DNA from: Acaryochloris marina MBIC11017
GTDB taxonomy: Bacteria; Cyanobacteriota; Cyanobacteriia; Thermosynechococcales; Thermosynechococcaceae
Reading direction: 5' to 3'
Assembly: GCF_000018105.1 (NCBI RefSeq)
Contig: NC_009925.1
Coordinates: 1,260,001-1,292,000, forward strand
DNA: 32,000 nucleotides
Part shown: one piece after another, positions 19,153-27,681 of the stretch
How the letters are laid out: each line of letters opens with the position of its first letter
How positions within the stretch are numbered: the first letter of the stretch is position 1
Made by a program: the position numbers and the translations under genes
Notes under the pieces: generated by a model
The model's input: the letters and a program-made list of their open reading frames with translations, nothing else
What the model was told of the DNA's origin: nothing
Databases searched by the model: none

Positions 19153-20337
19153 ATGTACTCCACCGAACGCCGTAAGAAGGCCAAAACGGGCAGTGTGCAG
19201 ATCCGCTGCAGCAACAATCGCCTACAGATCGTGTTCAGTTTTGGAGGCAAACGTTATTTTGTCTCAACTGGCTTAGGAGATACCCCTTTTAATCGAAAGC
19301 AAGCACAAGATAAAGCCTTAGAGGTTGAGCGTGATATCGCCTTCGGAGAGTTCGATCCTGACAACCTAGAAAAATATAAGGTTCAATCGGCGCTCACAAC
19401 CCCAGAAAAGGTCGTGAACATTACCGAGCCAAAATTGACTTTGACTGATTTATGGAGTCAGTACCTAAATTACAAAGCGCCCCAAGCATCACCCAAAACA
19501 TTGAATGGAACCTATGAGCCTGTCACCGCTCACCTAGGTAGATGTTCAACCGATGGGTTAGAAGATGCCTTGAAATTCAGGCTAGAACTCCTGCAAGCAA
19601 CAACCCAATCTCAAGCCCGACGAACCTTGATGCAGTTGTCGGCAGCTTGTAAGTGGGCAATGAAGCATTCCCTGATTGAGGCCAATCCCTTTGATGGAAT
19701 GTACAAAGAATTAGAAGCAACTACGCCCCCTCCACCCATCGCTTTCACAGTAGAAGAACGAGATCGCATCATCACTGCCTTTGAAGAACATCGAGGGAAA
19801 GGAATTAACTATCAGCATTACGCTCCCTTTGTTAAATTCCTGTTCTGGAGTGGTTGTCGTCCTTGCGAAGCGATTGGACTCCGCTGGGAAAGTGTGAACA
19901 AGACTTGCGATCGCATTCATTTCCACGAAAGCATCGTAGAAGTATCGGGTAAGTTAGTTCGCCGAGAGGAAACCAAAACAGGTGTACAGCGATGGTTCAG
20001 CTGTACACCCAAACTGCAGAAACTACTATATTCTATTCGTCCTGAAAATCCCCAGCCGGATGCACTAGTTTTTCCATCTTCGAAAGGCGGAATTATTCGT
20101 CCCAGCAATTTTAAGGATCGAGCTTGGAATAAGATCTTGACCACGCTGAACCTGCAAGTAAAAGGTGGGATTAAGATGACTCCTTACAACTGTCGAGATA
20201 CCTTTATCACACTCCAAGCTGTTCACGGTAATTCCTCTACAACTATTGCCCGTTGGGTTGGTAATTCCAGCAAAGTGATCGAAGAAAAGTACCTAGACAA
20301 ACTCCAGTTGGAGAGTTTGAGACCGACCGAAGTGTAA
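19153..20337 (+). CDS. int: Tyrosine recombinase / phage-type integrase
   Basis: 394 aa. N-terminal arm-binding-like domain, then a catalytic domain with the GCRPCEAIGLRW (Arg) and YNCRDTF contexts. It lies directly downstream of a tRNA. Confidence 0.85.
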   Translation: MYSTERRKKAKTGSVQIRCSNNRLQIVFSFGGKRYFVSTGLGDTPFNRKQAQDKALEVERDIAFGEFDPDNLEKYKVQSALTTPEKVVNITEPKLTLTDLWSQYLNYKAPQASPKTLNGTYEPVTAHLGRCSTDGLEDALKFRLELLQATTQSQARRTLMQLSAACKWAMKHSLIEANPFDGMYKELEATTPPPPIAFTVEERDRIITAFEEHRGKGINYQHYAPFVKFLFWSGCRPCEAIGLRWESVNKTCDRIHFHESIVEVSGKLVRREETKTGVQRWFSCTPKLQKLLYSIRPENPQPDALVFPSSKGGIIRPSNFKDRAWNKILTTLNLQVKGGIKMTPYNCRDTFITLQAVHGNSSTTIARWVGNSSKVIEEKYLDKLQLESLRPTEV

Positions 20338-20340
20338 TCC

Positions 20341-20619
20341 CTAGTCAGAGCCGGGCAACTGATAGGACGGCAGCGCACTGAGATGATTTGCGATCGCTTG
20401 GTTATGGAGCTGGGTATTATTTCGATTCATAGCCCAGTCCTTCAGCAACTCGACGTTATAGCGGACACAGCGACTGGAATACCGAACCCAATGGATACCC
20501 TCAACTAACTGGTTGCTCAACCGAAGTTTTTTCAAGCTGGATTCTGAGAGGCCGACAATCTTAGCAGCCTCATGCTTATTACACCAAACGGCGGGTTGTG
20601 AATTAGCTGAAGATGTCAT
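20341..20619 (-). CDS. xis: Excisionase-like helix-turn-helix DNA-binding protein
   Basis: 92 aa from the ATG at 20619, which overlaps the upstream ORF stop as ATGA. It has an excisionase/MerR-type HTH (EAAKIVGLSESSLKKLRLSN ... W). The ORF-track start at 20679 is less likely. Confidence 0.6.
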   Translation of the reverse strand: MTSSANSQPAVWCNKHEAAKIVGLSESSLKKLRLSNQLVEGIHWVRYSSRCVRYNVELLKDWAMNRNNTQLHNQAIANHLSALPSYQLPGSD

Positions 20620-20918
20620 GCGTTTGCCCTCCGAATCAGTCGTACATCCTGGCGTTGATATTCCTTCGTGATCAACCAAGCTTTACCCTTGACTTCCACC
20701 CATCCAGGCTTTTTACGAGGAAACCCCACCACCTGCACCTGGCGACCCGTAAAGTAACCCGTCAATAGTTCCACCCAATCTCCTTGTTTAAGTTCTGGAG
20801 GAGGACTACTTTTATCAGGGCTATATATATAGATCTCGTGGGTGCTGATTGGAATGATCAGATGACACTGGCTCTTGGTCTGACTGGTTTTGCAGCTCTT
20901 TCTCACTTTCAGAACCAA
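20616..20918 (-). CDS. Small hypothetical protein (start uncertain)
   Basis: 100-aa ORF from TTG 20918 that would overlap the primase 3' end by 98 nt, so the real start may be internal. Its stop is coupled (ATGA) to the xis-like gene. The C-terminal part (GDWVELLTGYFTGRQVQVVGF) looks like a small beta-barrel. Confidence 0.4.
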   Translation of the reverse strand: MVLKVRKSCKTSQTKSQCHLIIPISTHEIYIYSPDKSSPPPELKQGDWVELLTGYFTGRQVQVVGFPRKKPGWVEVKGKAWLITKEYQRQDVRLIRRANA

Positions 20919-23091
20919 GATCTAACCCTTCATGTTGCAGATCGCCTGTGTCCCAAGATGGATGATCACCTGACAAAGATCCTTGATATACCGTTGTTTT
21001 TGTCATGTGATCAGATTTAGGTAAATCCTGGTCAAGTGACACCGACCCATGCCCAGACTGGCTTTTGGTCATCTGATCACCCAGTTCGGGAGACACGAAG
21101 ACTTTTTTGCGAGACTTACCCCCTCGTCCATTATTCGCCTCCACCTCTCGTACCTCTTCTGTAATATGGCCTTGTCGCCACAGCCGCTTAACCAGGCGGC
21201 GCATATGGGATTGGCTACTGCAGAAGTGAGTCGCCAGTTCTGCTACCTCAAATGGAACTCCTGGCGACTGCTGGAAATACTCCAGTAATCGCCCCTCCAA
21301 ATTCCCTTGCCCTTGGGGCGTGCCTTGATAATCCCCGTGATAGACAATCACACAATCATCCGGGTCATAGCTGATCACAAACTTGCCCGAACAGCGGCTG
21401 CGAGATTTATTGATACTCCAGATCCGCTGATCCTCCGGTAGCTTATCCTCTGGCTTAGGATGACGGAGATACCAAACTTCGCTGACATTATCGGGAATAG
21501 CAGTTGTCCCTCGGCTCTCCCCCAGCTTGTTCGTGTGATGGAGAATCAGAAACGTACATCCATAGGTATTGGCAATATTCCGCAAGTCATAGATACAAGC
21601 CCCATAGTTGGTATCTTTCTCCGCTAGCTCACTCGCCCGGTTCGCTGCCGTAAACGAATCAATAATCACCAGGGTGGGTCGCTCTTGCTCAATCCACTGT
21701 TGGAGCTGAGGTAGTTGAGAGAACTGCCACTCCGTCTCTACTTGAACCATCCCCGGTTGAAACTGCTCATAATTGGCATCCCGTAATGAATCGGAGAAAT
21801 CCACATCCGGCTCATCGGTTTGGATAATCAACACCTTGCCCTGAGTGGTGCGATAGCCATTCCAAGTTTGTCCAGAGGCCACTGCAAACGCCAAATCATA
21901 GCTCAGCCGACTTTTACCCGTGCCTCCATCCGCAATCAATGCAATGGTGCTGGCCTTGGGAATCTTGCCAGCAATAATCCATTCCCGATTTTCTGGCGCA
22001 CAAGCCAAGAAATCGACCACGTCCATTGGTGCAAAGGGACGAGCGCAGTCCAATCGAGTCTGATACAGCTTTCGTAACTGAGCAGCAGAAAGATCGGTTC
22101 GTTTCGCTAGCCGATTCAGTTCCCAGAGCTGACGAGCTGTGTCTTCAAGCTGAAGAATTTTCTCAATTTCTTCTAGGCATTGCTCATAACTCAGTCGTCC
22201 AGAATGGGCTGTGTTCACAGGGTTCTTAGCTTTCTGAGCCGCTGCCCGAATCTGCTCCACACTACATCCAGCATTCAAAGCATCCGAAATATCCCAGCCT
22301 TGGGGTGGAGCAGTCCCAATAAAAGGAACTTGAGCAATTCTGGCTCTACTGCCCAATTGGAGAGCCAGCTTCTCAGCCCCCTGTTGTCCTGGGGCATCAC
22401 GGTCATAGAAAATAGAGACCTGCCCCGGCAAACGCTCCAGTTGTCGAGCAGAAGGAACCACATTGCAGCCACAAGTAAACGTGGCTACAGCAATTGTCTT
22501 ACAGCTCCGCATCACCCAACCCAACAAGATCGCATCCCATTCCCCCTCACATAGGAAAGTCTGGGTTGCCCCAGGAGGCCAATGGGTAAAGTAAACCATT
22601 GCTGGAATCCCTTTTTGAGACCAGGCGGGTTTATCGCTCCAAGGCTCAACTCTGATCTTTCGGTAGTAACGAGTATCTTGATCATCCGCAGGAATAGGAA
22701 TGATAATTCCAGATCGACCATGATGAGTCACCAAACCTAAACGATAGTGTTGAATTAGCTCAGTGGTTATCCCTCGATCTTTCAACCACTTTTGGGCTTG
22801 TCCTCGTTTTCCATCATTGCCATTCAGCAGCCAATCTGTAGTCGCCTGTAGTTGATTCGCAAAATAGACTAACGGGGGATCTGAATTCACCTGATTCTTA
22901 GCGACAGACTTTTCTGTGCCTAGGCTGTCGCGGATTTCTTCAGGGGTACAGCCTGCATGACACTTGTATGCTCCACTATCTAACAGAGCCAAGCTTTTCT
23001 GGGATGGACGACGGCCCTTTTTACGACTGCAGCTAGGACAGTACGCTCGTCCGCTAGCGTTGAAGTTGATAAAGTCTTGAATCTCAAACAT
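20821..23091 (-). CDS. Bifunctional primase-helicase (zinc finger + TOPRIM + RepA/DnaB-like P-loop + C-terminal wHTH)
   Basis: 756 aa from ATG 23091. Zinc finger CPSC...CHAGC. TOPRIM motifs FLCEGEWDAI and FYDRDAPGQQG. Walker A ADGGTGKS, Walker B LVIIDSF, and LILHHTNK. Confidence 0.85.
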   Translation of the reverse strand: MFEIQDFINFNASGRAYCPSCSRKKGRRPSQKSLALLDSGAYKCHAGCTPEEIRDSLGTEKSVAKNQVNSDPPLVYFANQLQATTDWLLNGNDGKRGQAQKWLKDRGITTELIQHYRLGLVTHHGRSGIIIPIPADDQDTRYYRKIRVEPWSDKPAWSQKGIPAMVYFTHWPPGATQTFLCEGEWDAILLGWVMRSCKTIAVATFTCGCNVVPSARQLERLPGQVSIFYDRDAPGQQGAEKLALQLGSRARIAQVPFIGTAPPQGWDISDALNAGCSVEQIRAAAQKAKNPVNTAHSGRLSYEQCLEEIEKILQLEDTARQLWELNRLAKRTDLSAAQLRKLYQTRLDCARPFAPMDVVDFLACAPENREWIIAGKIPKASTIALIADGGTGKSRLSYDLAFAVASGQTWNGYRTTQGKVLIIQTDEPDVDFSDSLRDANYEQFQPGMVQVETEWQFSQLPQLQQWIEQERPTLVIIDSFTAANRASELAEKDTNYGACIYDLRNIANTYGCTFLILHHTNKLGESRGTTAIPDNVSEVWYLRHPKPEDKLPEDQRIWSINKSRSRCSGKFVISYDPDDCVIVYHGDYQGTPQGQGNLEGRLLEYFQQSPGVPFEVAELATHFCSSQSHMRRLVKRLWRQGHITEEVREVEANNGRGGKSRKKVFVSPELGDQMTKSQSGHGSVSLDQDLPKSDHMTKTTVYQGSLSGDHPSWDTGDLQHEGLDLGSESEKELQNQSDQEPVSSDHSNQHPRDLYI

Positions 23092-23144
23092 ATAAATGCC
23101 CAACGCAAAACCTATCTGCTGGTCAGTCCCATGGATAGGACACC

Positions 23145-23209
23145 TGCAGAAAGCTAATTTCTTTAAGCAGTATATATATACTATCCCAAAAAAGGATATT
23201 CATGCAGAA
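23145..23209. promoter_or_regulatory. Divergent promoter/operator region between the primase operon and the repressor gene
   Basis: Perfect 14-bp palindrome AGTATATATATACT at 23169-23182, flanked by direct TGCAGAA copies at 23145-23151 and 23203-23209. Confidence 0.4.
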
Positions 23210-23251
23210 TAGTCATATAATTCTTGGCATGAGTCAGTGGTGGATACCTCC

Positions 23252-23923
23252 ATGCGTAAGGTCTTTAATGCAGATAGTTTTACAGGTCGAATGGCTATCT
23301 TGGTGGATGAGTACAAAAATGCAACTCATCTCGCCAAAGTGGTCGGCGTGAATGACCGAACGATCCGAAAATGGATGGCGGGAACGGAACCCGCTCGAAA
23401 CTATTTGGAGCTACTGGCTGAAAAGCTTGAGGTCAATATCGAATGGCTGGTGTTGGGCCGGGGACCTATTCGGCGGGTGGATGGGGGGATTGGTGATGGC
23501 ACTTATGTCCAAATCCCTCTCTATGATGTTCGAGCGGGGGCTGGGGAAGGCATGATTGCTGAGGACAAGGAGCAAATAGAGGAGCTGATGGCGTTTAGTC
23601 GATCTTGGATTCGCAGTGAGTTACGTACTAGCCCAGCTCATTTGAGTTTGATTCATGTCAGTGGAGATTCGATGGAACCGACTCTGCGACCTGGAGATGT
23701 GGTGCTGGTGGATCAGCACCAAGCGGAAGGGGGAACGGATGGGGTTTATGTGTTGCGCCGGGATGGACATTTGCAGATTAAGCGTCTGCATTGGTTATCA
23801 GGGAAGGTTTTGAAGATTATTAGTGATAATCCCATCTATCAGCCAATTGAGGTGGATTTATCTCAGTTGACGGAGGAGTTTCAGATTATTGGCCGAGTGA
23901 TTTGGGGTGGGAAGCGATTTTAA
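23252..23923 (+). CDS. CI/LexA-type repressor (XRE HTH + S24 peptidase)
   Basis: 223 aa from ATG 23252. HTH region HLAKVVGVNDRTIRKWMAG. S24 catalytic Ser context GDSMEPTL and Lys context QIKRL. Confidence 0.85.
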   Translation: MRKVFNADSFTGRMAILVDEYKNATHLAKVVGVNDRTIRKWMAGTEPARNYLELLAEKLEVNIEWLVLGRGPIRRVDGGIGDGTYVQIPLYDVRAGAGEGMIAEDKEQIEELMAFSRSWIRSELRTSPAHLSLIHVSGDSMEPTLRPGDVVLVDQHQAEGGTDGVYVLRRDGHLQIKRLHWLSGKVLKIISDNPIYQPIEVDLSQLTEEFQIIGRVIWGGKRF

Positions 23924-24114
23924 TGGGTATGGGAAATTGAGTTGTAATAGCCCAGCCAAAATCTCTGCAAGAGAGAGATACTAGAAAATGTCTGAGCTAA
24001 GGCCCCCCTTTATGATCTGCACTGTTCCAATAACGTAGACGTTTGAGGTAGTTATCAGCTAATACGGTGATAACCCTCGGTATGCATGAGATATTTAACC
24101 CGAGCGTGACAGCT

Positions 24115-24360
24115 ATGAAAGCGATTGAAACTACAGCAACCATTAATGATCAAGGGCAACTCGCCCTTGATCAGCCCCTTGAACTAGCTCAACGTCGTCG
24201 GGTTAGAGTCATTGTCCTTATCTCAGAAGAAGACGAGCCGGATCCTGACGACACTCCAAACTCAGTCGTCATGGACGGTCTCCGTCAGGGGTTCCACGAA
24301 GCACTCACTGGTCAAACCATCCCTCTCTCGCAAATGTGGGATGGCATTGATGCCGAATAA
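24115..24360 (+). CDS. Putative antitoxin
   Basis: 81 aa, with an acidic central tract. Its 3' end overlaps the start of a RelE/ParE-like gene. An inverted repeat GTTATCA/TGATAAC (24051-24074) lies upstream. Confidence 0.6.
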   Translation: MKAIETTATINDQGQLALDQPLELAQRRRVRVIVLISEEDEPDPDDTPNSVVMDGLRQGFHEALTGQTIPLSQMWDGIDAE

Positions 24361-24706
24361 CGCATCAGATATTGAAGTTGCGCTAACCCATCGCTTTCAA
24401 AGGGATCTCCGCACCCTCGCTAAGCGCTATCGTCGCATTCGCTCCGATGTGGAACCCCTGATTGAGCAACTACAGGCTGGTGAGCTTCCAGGAGATCAGA
24501 TTACAGGCATAGAATACACACTCTTCAAAGTTCGCCTCAAAAATAGTGATATTCAAAAGGGCAAGAGTGCGGGCTATCGGGTTATTTACTACCTCAAAAC
24601 TCAAGCTCGGATCATCTTGGTAACCATCTATTCAAAGTCGGATCGAGCTGACATTGACAACCAAACCTTGCGAGAAGCGATCGCACAATTTGAGCAAGAC
24701 CGTTAA
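24341..24706 (+). CDS. RelE/ParE-superfamily toxin
   Basis: About 121 aa (ATG 24341 or 24350). Family-typical blocks LFKVRL, SAGYRVIYYL and ILVTIYSKSD. Confidence 0.75.
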   Translation: MALMPNNASDIEVALTHRFQRDLRTLAKRYRRIRSDVEPLIEQLQAGELPGDQITGIEYTLFKVRLKNSDIQKGKSAGYRVIYYLKTQARIILVTIYSKSDRADIDNQTLREAIAQFEQDR

Positions 24707-24800
24707 AAGCATCGAGGAAAATAGTACAAATAAACTATAATCAACGGTGGTGTGCCTCAAGTATGGACCATCACTTTTTGATTCATTTATCCCATCACCG

Positions 24801-25067
24801 ATGAACCATTCATCTGTGTTGTATTCCCGCAGAGATGCTGTAGAGCTGTTGTCTGAAGAGCGGGGGCGATCTCCCCGTCATCTCCTAACGCCTAGCCTGT
24901 TGAGCAAATGGTGTGCCGACTTAGGTTTCAAGTTGGGTTTGAAGGAGTTTGATACTGATCAGATGGCCCAGCTGAGGGCTATGAACCAGCACTATGCCTG
25001 TGGCGGCAGCAGGAAAGAACTCTTAAACAAGATGAGGAACCCCCAATGGTACCAATCACCGAACTGA
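24801..25067 (+). CDS. Hypothetical protein
   Basis: 88 aa from ATG 24801. No recognisable motif. Confidence 0.45.
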   Translation: MNHSSVLYSRRDAVELLSEERGRSPRHLLTPSLLSKWCADLGFKLGLKEFDTDQMAQLRAMNQHYACGGSRKELLNKMRNPQWYQSPN

Positions 25068-25564
25068 TGAAATATGGCAGTCGTCGCAAAATTGAGGCGA
25101 TTGCAGCTGAACTTGGCTACCCCAAAGCTGACGAATACCCTGAAGAAGTCCTAGAAGAAGTTCAGAAAAGAGCCAGTACCAAGAAACAGCCCGTTAGCTC
25201 CAAAGCTCACACTGCAGCCGATTCTGAGACTGAAGCCGAAGCTCAACAAGACCTTAGCTATGTGCAACAGGCTGCTGAGCACCGAGCTGCAGGGCTTCTG
25301 ATTTCCCTTGATGCCCTGACTATGATGCATTGCGCCTCTCGTCAGTTCACGGATCCTAAACTGCAACAAGCCGTCAACGACTCTCAAACCCAGCTCAAGC
25401 AAATGCTAGCGGGTGTTGCCGTCTACTATGACCCCGACCATTTTTTATCCCCCACCCCGCTAGCCCAGATCACGGCTGGGGGGAATGGTTCGACACCATC
25501 TCCGAAATCGCTCAATGGCAAGCCAAGCGACTCCGAGCTGAACGTCGTCGAAGTCGTCTGTTAA
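25067..25564 (+). CDS. Hypothetical acidic protein
   Basis: 165 aa from the ATG at 25067, which shares one base with the upstream stop (TGATG). An alternative ATG lies at 25046. No recognisable motif. Confidence 0.45.
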   Translation: MKYGSRRKIEAIAAELGYPKADEYPEEVLEEVQKRASTKKQPVSSKAHTAADSETEAEAQQDLSYVQQAAEHRAAGLLISLDALTMMHCASRQFTDPKLQQAVNDSQTQLKQMLAGVAVYYDPDHFLSPTPLAQITAGGNGSTPSPKSLNGKPSDSELNVVEVVC

Positions 25565-25577
25565 CGGTATTGATTGC

Positions 25578-25611
25578 TGCGATGGCCGAAGGCCGGTCGG
25601 AGACCATCGCA
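25578..25611 (+). repeat. HIP1 site split by a 24-nt hairpin-forming mini-insert (copy 1, intergenic)
   Basis: TGCGATGGCCGAAGGCCGGTCGGAGACCATCGCA. Deleting 25582-25605 restores TGCGATCGCA. It is 33/34 identical to 27549-27582. Confidence 0.8.
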
Positions 25612-25684
25612 ATCGGTATCACCGTCATCCTCACCCATAGATCGGAGCATCCAAAACCGGAACCCCCAATCGGAACTGAACACC

Positions 25685-26620
25685 ATGCCGATTAAACGCC
25701 ACAAACGCCGACTCGCCAATGGTGAAGAGCGCATCTATCTCTATGCTGTGTCTAAAGATGGCTCGCAGAGAAGATCGCTATCCAGCGCTCCTGCCAGTTC
25801 CGTTTCCCTTCCTCTCTATAGAAAGGCAGAAAAAAATCGCATTGTCGCCGCTTTACAAGCTAACTCCAGCTTGTTGGTTGTTGGTGAGGCTGGTATCGGC
25901 AAAAGCGTTCTGGGAGAAGCCGTGGCAGAAGAACTGCAGGAATTGGGTTTTATGGTTGCGATCGCACATCCCTTAACAGCAAAACAAGCCTACTTGGATA
26001 TTGCCCAGCAGTTAGGTGTAGAGACAGAAACCATAGAAGGCAAATCTCTGACCTCGAACCAGTTATCAACCGCGATCTCAGAATGGCTAAAAGACAATAC
26101 CGCCTTCGTCATCTGTGATGATGCCCATCGGTATACGGTCCAGTTTCATACTTGGCTTGCTCAACTCCATGAGCAAGGTCAATCTCTGCTGCTATTGGCA
26201 ACCTTCCCGCCAGCCCGAGATATTTTTCTAAGGTTGCCTCGAATCGAACTCAAACCCCTTACCGATAAACCCATTCGTCAGATTATGCGGTCCACGGCTC
26301 AGAGTCTTGGCATCGACATGATGCCATCTCAATTATCCAAACTGCAGCAGCGTTGTGGAGGAAATCCCATGTTGGCTCAACGGGTTGTTCGTGAGGAATA
26401 TTTGGGTCTGGACGCAACCAACCCGGACCATACTCAATGGATTGATGGCACTCCGTTTCTCATCGCTGGCCTGATGGTGTTGGTGATTACTCGCTTTATT
26501 GGCTTGGGGCTTAACAGCACTAGCCTCTATTTAATCGGTGGCATTCTTACGGTGGCCGTGGGTGTGATTCGTTTATTGGTCTATGCCATGCCCCGCAAGT
26601 CAGGGAAGTTAGGCCAATGA
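25685..26620 (+). CDS. AAA+/P-loop ATPase with two C-terminal transmembrane helices (cargo gene A)
   Basis: 311 aa from ATG 25685. Walker A VVGEAGIGKS, Walker B AFVICDDAH, and an LLLLATF sensor-like strand. The C-terminal hydrophobic stretches are FLIAGLMVLVITRFIGLGL and LYLIGGILTVAVGVIRLLVYA. The ORF-track extension to 25574 only reads through the repeat. Confidence 0.75.
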   Translation: MPIKRHKRRLANGEERIYLYAVSKDGSQRRSLSSAPASSVSLPLYRKAEKNRIVAALQANSSLLVVGEAGIGKSVLGEAVAEELQELGFMVAIAHPLTAKQAYLDIAQQLGVETETIEGKSLTSNQLSTAISEWLKDNTAFVICDDAHRYTVQFHTWLAQLHEQGQSLLLLATFPPARDIFLRLPRIELKPLTDKPIRQIMRSTAQSLGIDMMPSQLSKLQQRCGGNPMLAQRVVREEYLGLDATNPDHTQWIDGTPFLIAGLMVLVITRFIGLGLNSTSLYLIGGILTVAVGVIRLLVYAMPRKSGKLGQ

Positions 26621-27681
26621 TGATTATCACTCATACTGCCCTGAGTATTGCCGGGACTGCTTTAACGATGGGGACAGCAGATCCAGTTGTGCTGGGAGCG
26701 GCTGCCCTAGCAACCCAGCTCCCAGATATGGATACGAGTAAATCTCTACCGGGTCGAATTCTCTTCCCTGTAAGCCGATGGTTAGAAAAGCGCTTTCCCC
26801 ATCGGTCGGTGACCCATAGCTTTATTGCTACTGGGCTGATTGCGTTCATCGGTTTGCCTCTGATGGTTGTGAGACAGCCTATTTGGCAAGCGGTTGTCTT
26901 GGGTTATTTCTTTGGCTGGTTTGGGGATGTGTTCACGAAGTCTGGGGTCTGTGCGTTTTATCCCAGTTCTGCTCGATTAGTGATTCCGGGTAATCCTCGA
27001 ATGAGATTGTCTACTGGCAGTGGTGCTGAGGTCTTTGTGTTTGTGGCTCTACTGGCGATTGCGATCGCAACTATAAACATCAACAGCAACGGTGGTGTGC
27101 TAACTGCTTTCAACAAAGTCCTGGGTGTTCCCAGTGGGGCCGTGGAAATTGTCGGCGAAGAGGGGAGTAAGTTTCTGATGATTGCCCAAATTCGAGGTCG
27201 AAATGCCATCACCCAGCAGCGCATTGATGCCAGCTTTGAGGTAATTAAGCCCCTGACTCAGAATGATTTACTGGTCAAAGATAAGCAGGGAATTGTTTAT
27301 CGGGCAGGCGTTAGTCAGGAATCACAAATTCTGGCCAGTCAAATTCAGGTGCAGCGAAGTTCGCCCATTTCGGTACAGCTGCAGTCAATATCCCTTGACA
27401 GTGAAGACGTCTATGCAGCCGTCGCCAATCTACCCCCAGAACGCACCTACATTACAGGGACTCTGACTATCGAAGATTCTGAAGATTTGCAGCTGCGAAC
27501 CAACCCTCAGCAGTTCAGCACAATTACGTTACAGCCTGCTCAAGGATATGCGATGGCCGAAGGCCGGTCGAAGACCATCGCACATTTGGTATCAGCCAGT
27601 CCACAGGAGGTTGCTCAACAACTCGGCCCCTACTTTGCCTCTGGATCGCTCATTGCGAGGACCATTAATGTTCGCTCGTGA
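26617..27681 (+). CDS. Membrane-bound metal-dependent hydrolase-like protein (DUF457/YdjM-like) fused to a soluble C-terminal domain (cargo gene B)
   Basis: 354 aa, with the start overlapping the gene A stop (ATGA). N-terminal polytopic region with motifs ITHTALS, LPDMDTS, HRSVTHS and GDVFTKSGVCAFYP, followed by a roughly 190-aa non-hydrophobic domain. Confidence 0.7.
   Translation: MMIITHTALSIAGTALTMGTADPVVLGAAALATQLPDMDTSKSLPGRILFPVSRWLEKRFPHRSVTHSFIATGLIAFIGLPLMVVRQPIWQAVVLGYFFGWFGDVFTKSGVCAFYPSSARLVIPGNPRMRLSTGSGAEVFVFVALLAIAIATININSNGGVLTAFNKVLGVPSGAVEIVGEEGSKFLMIAQIRGRNAITQQRIDASFEVIKPLTQNDLLVKDKQGIVYRAGVSQESQILASQIQVQRSSPISVQLQSISLDSEDVYAAVANLPPERTYITGTLTIEDSEDLQLRTNPQQFSTITLQPAQGYAMAEGRSKTIAHLVSASPQEVAQQLGPYFASGSLIARTINVRS
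27549..27582 (+). repeat. HIP1 site split by the same 24-nt mini-insert (copy 2, in frame inside gene B)
   Basis: TGCGATGGCCGAAGGCCGGTCGAAGACCATCGCA. Positions 27553-27576 add the codons M-A-E-G-R-S-K-T. Removing them leaves TAT GCG ATC GCA (Y-A-I-A), which contains an intact HIP1. Confidence 0.8.

Noticed and set aside
21049-22721. Several 65-124-aa ORFs on both strands inside the primase-helicase gene
   Set aside because: They are fully embedded in or antisense to a 756-aa ORF that has clear motifs. They have no motifs of their own and a biased, Arg/Ser/Leu-rich composition typical of out-of-frame readthrough.
25574-25684. ORF-track N-termini MLRWPKAGRRPS (25574) and MRWPKAGRRPS (27548) that look like paralogous protein starts
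   Set aside because: The similarity is caused by the 34-nt DNA repeat read in a non-coding frame. The real starts are ATG 25685 and ATG 27668.
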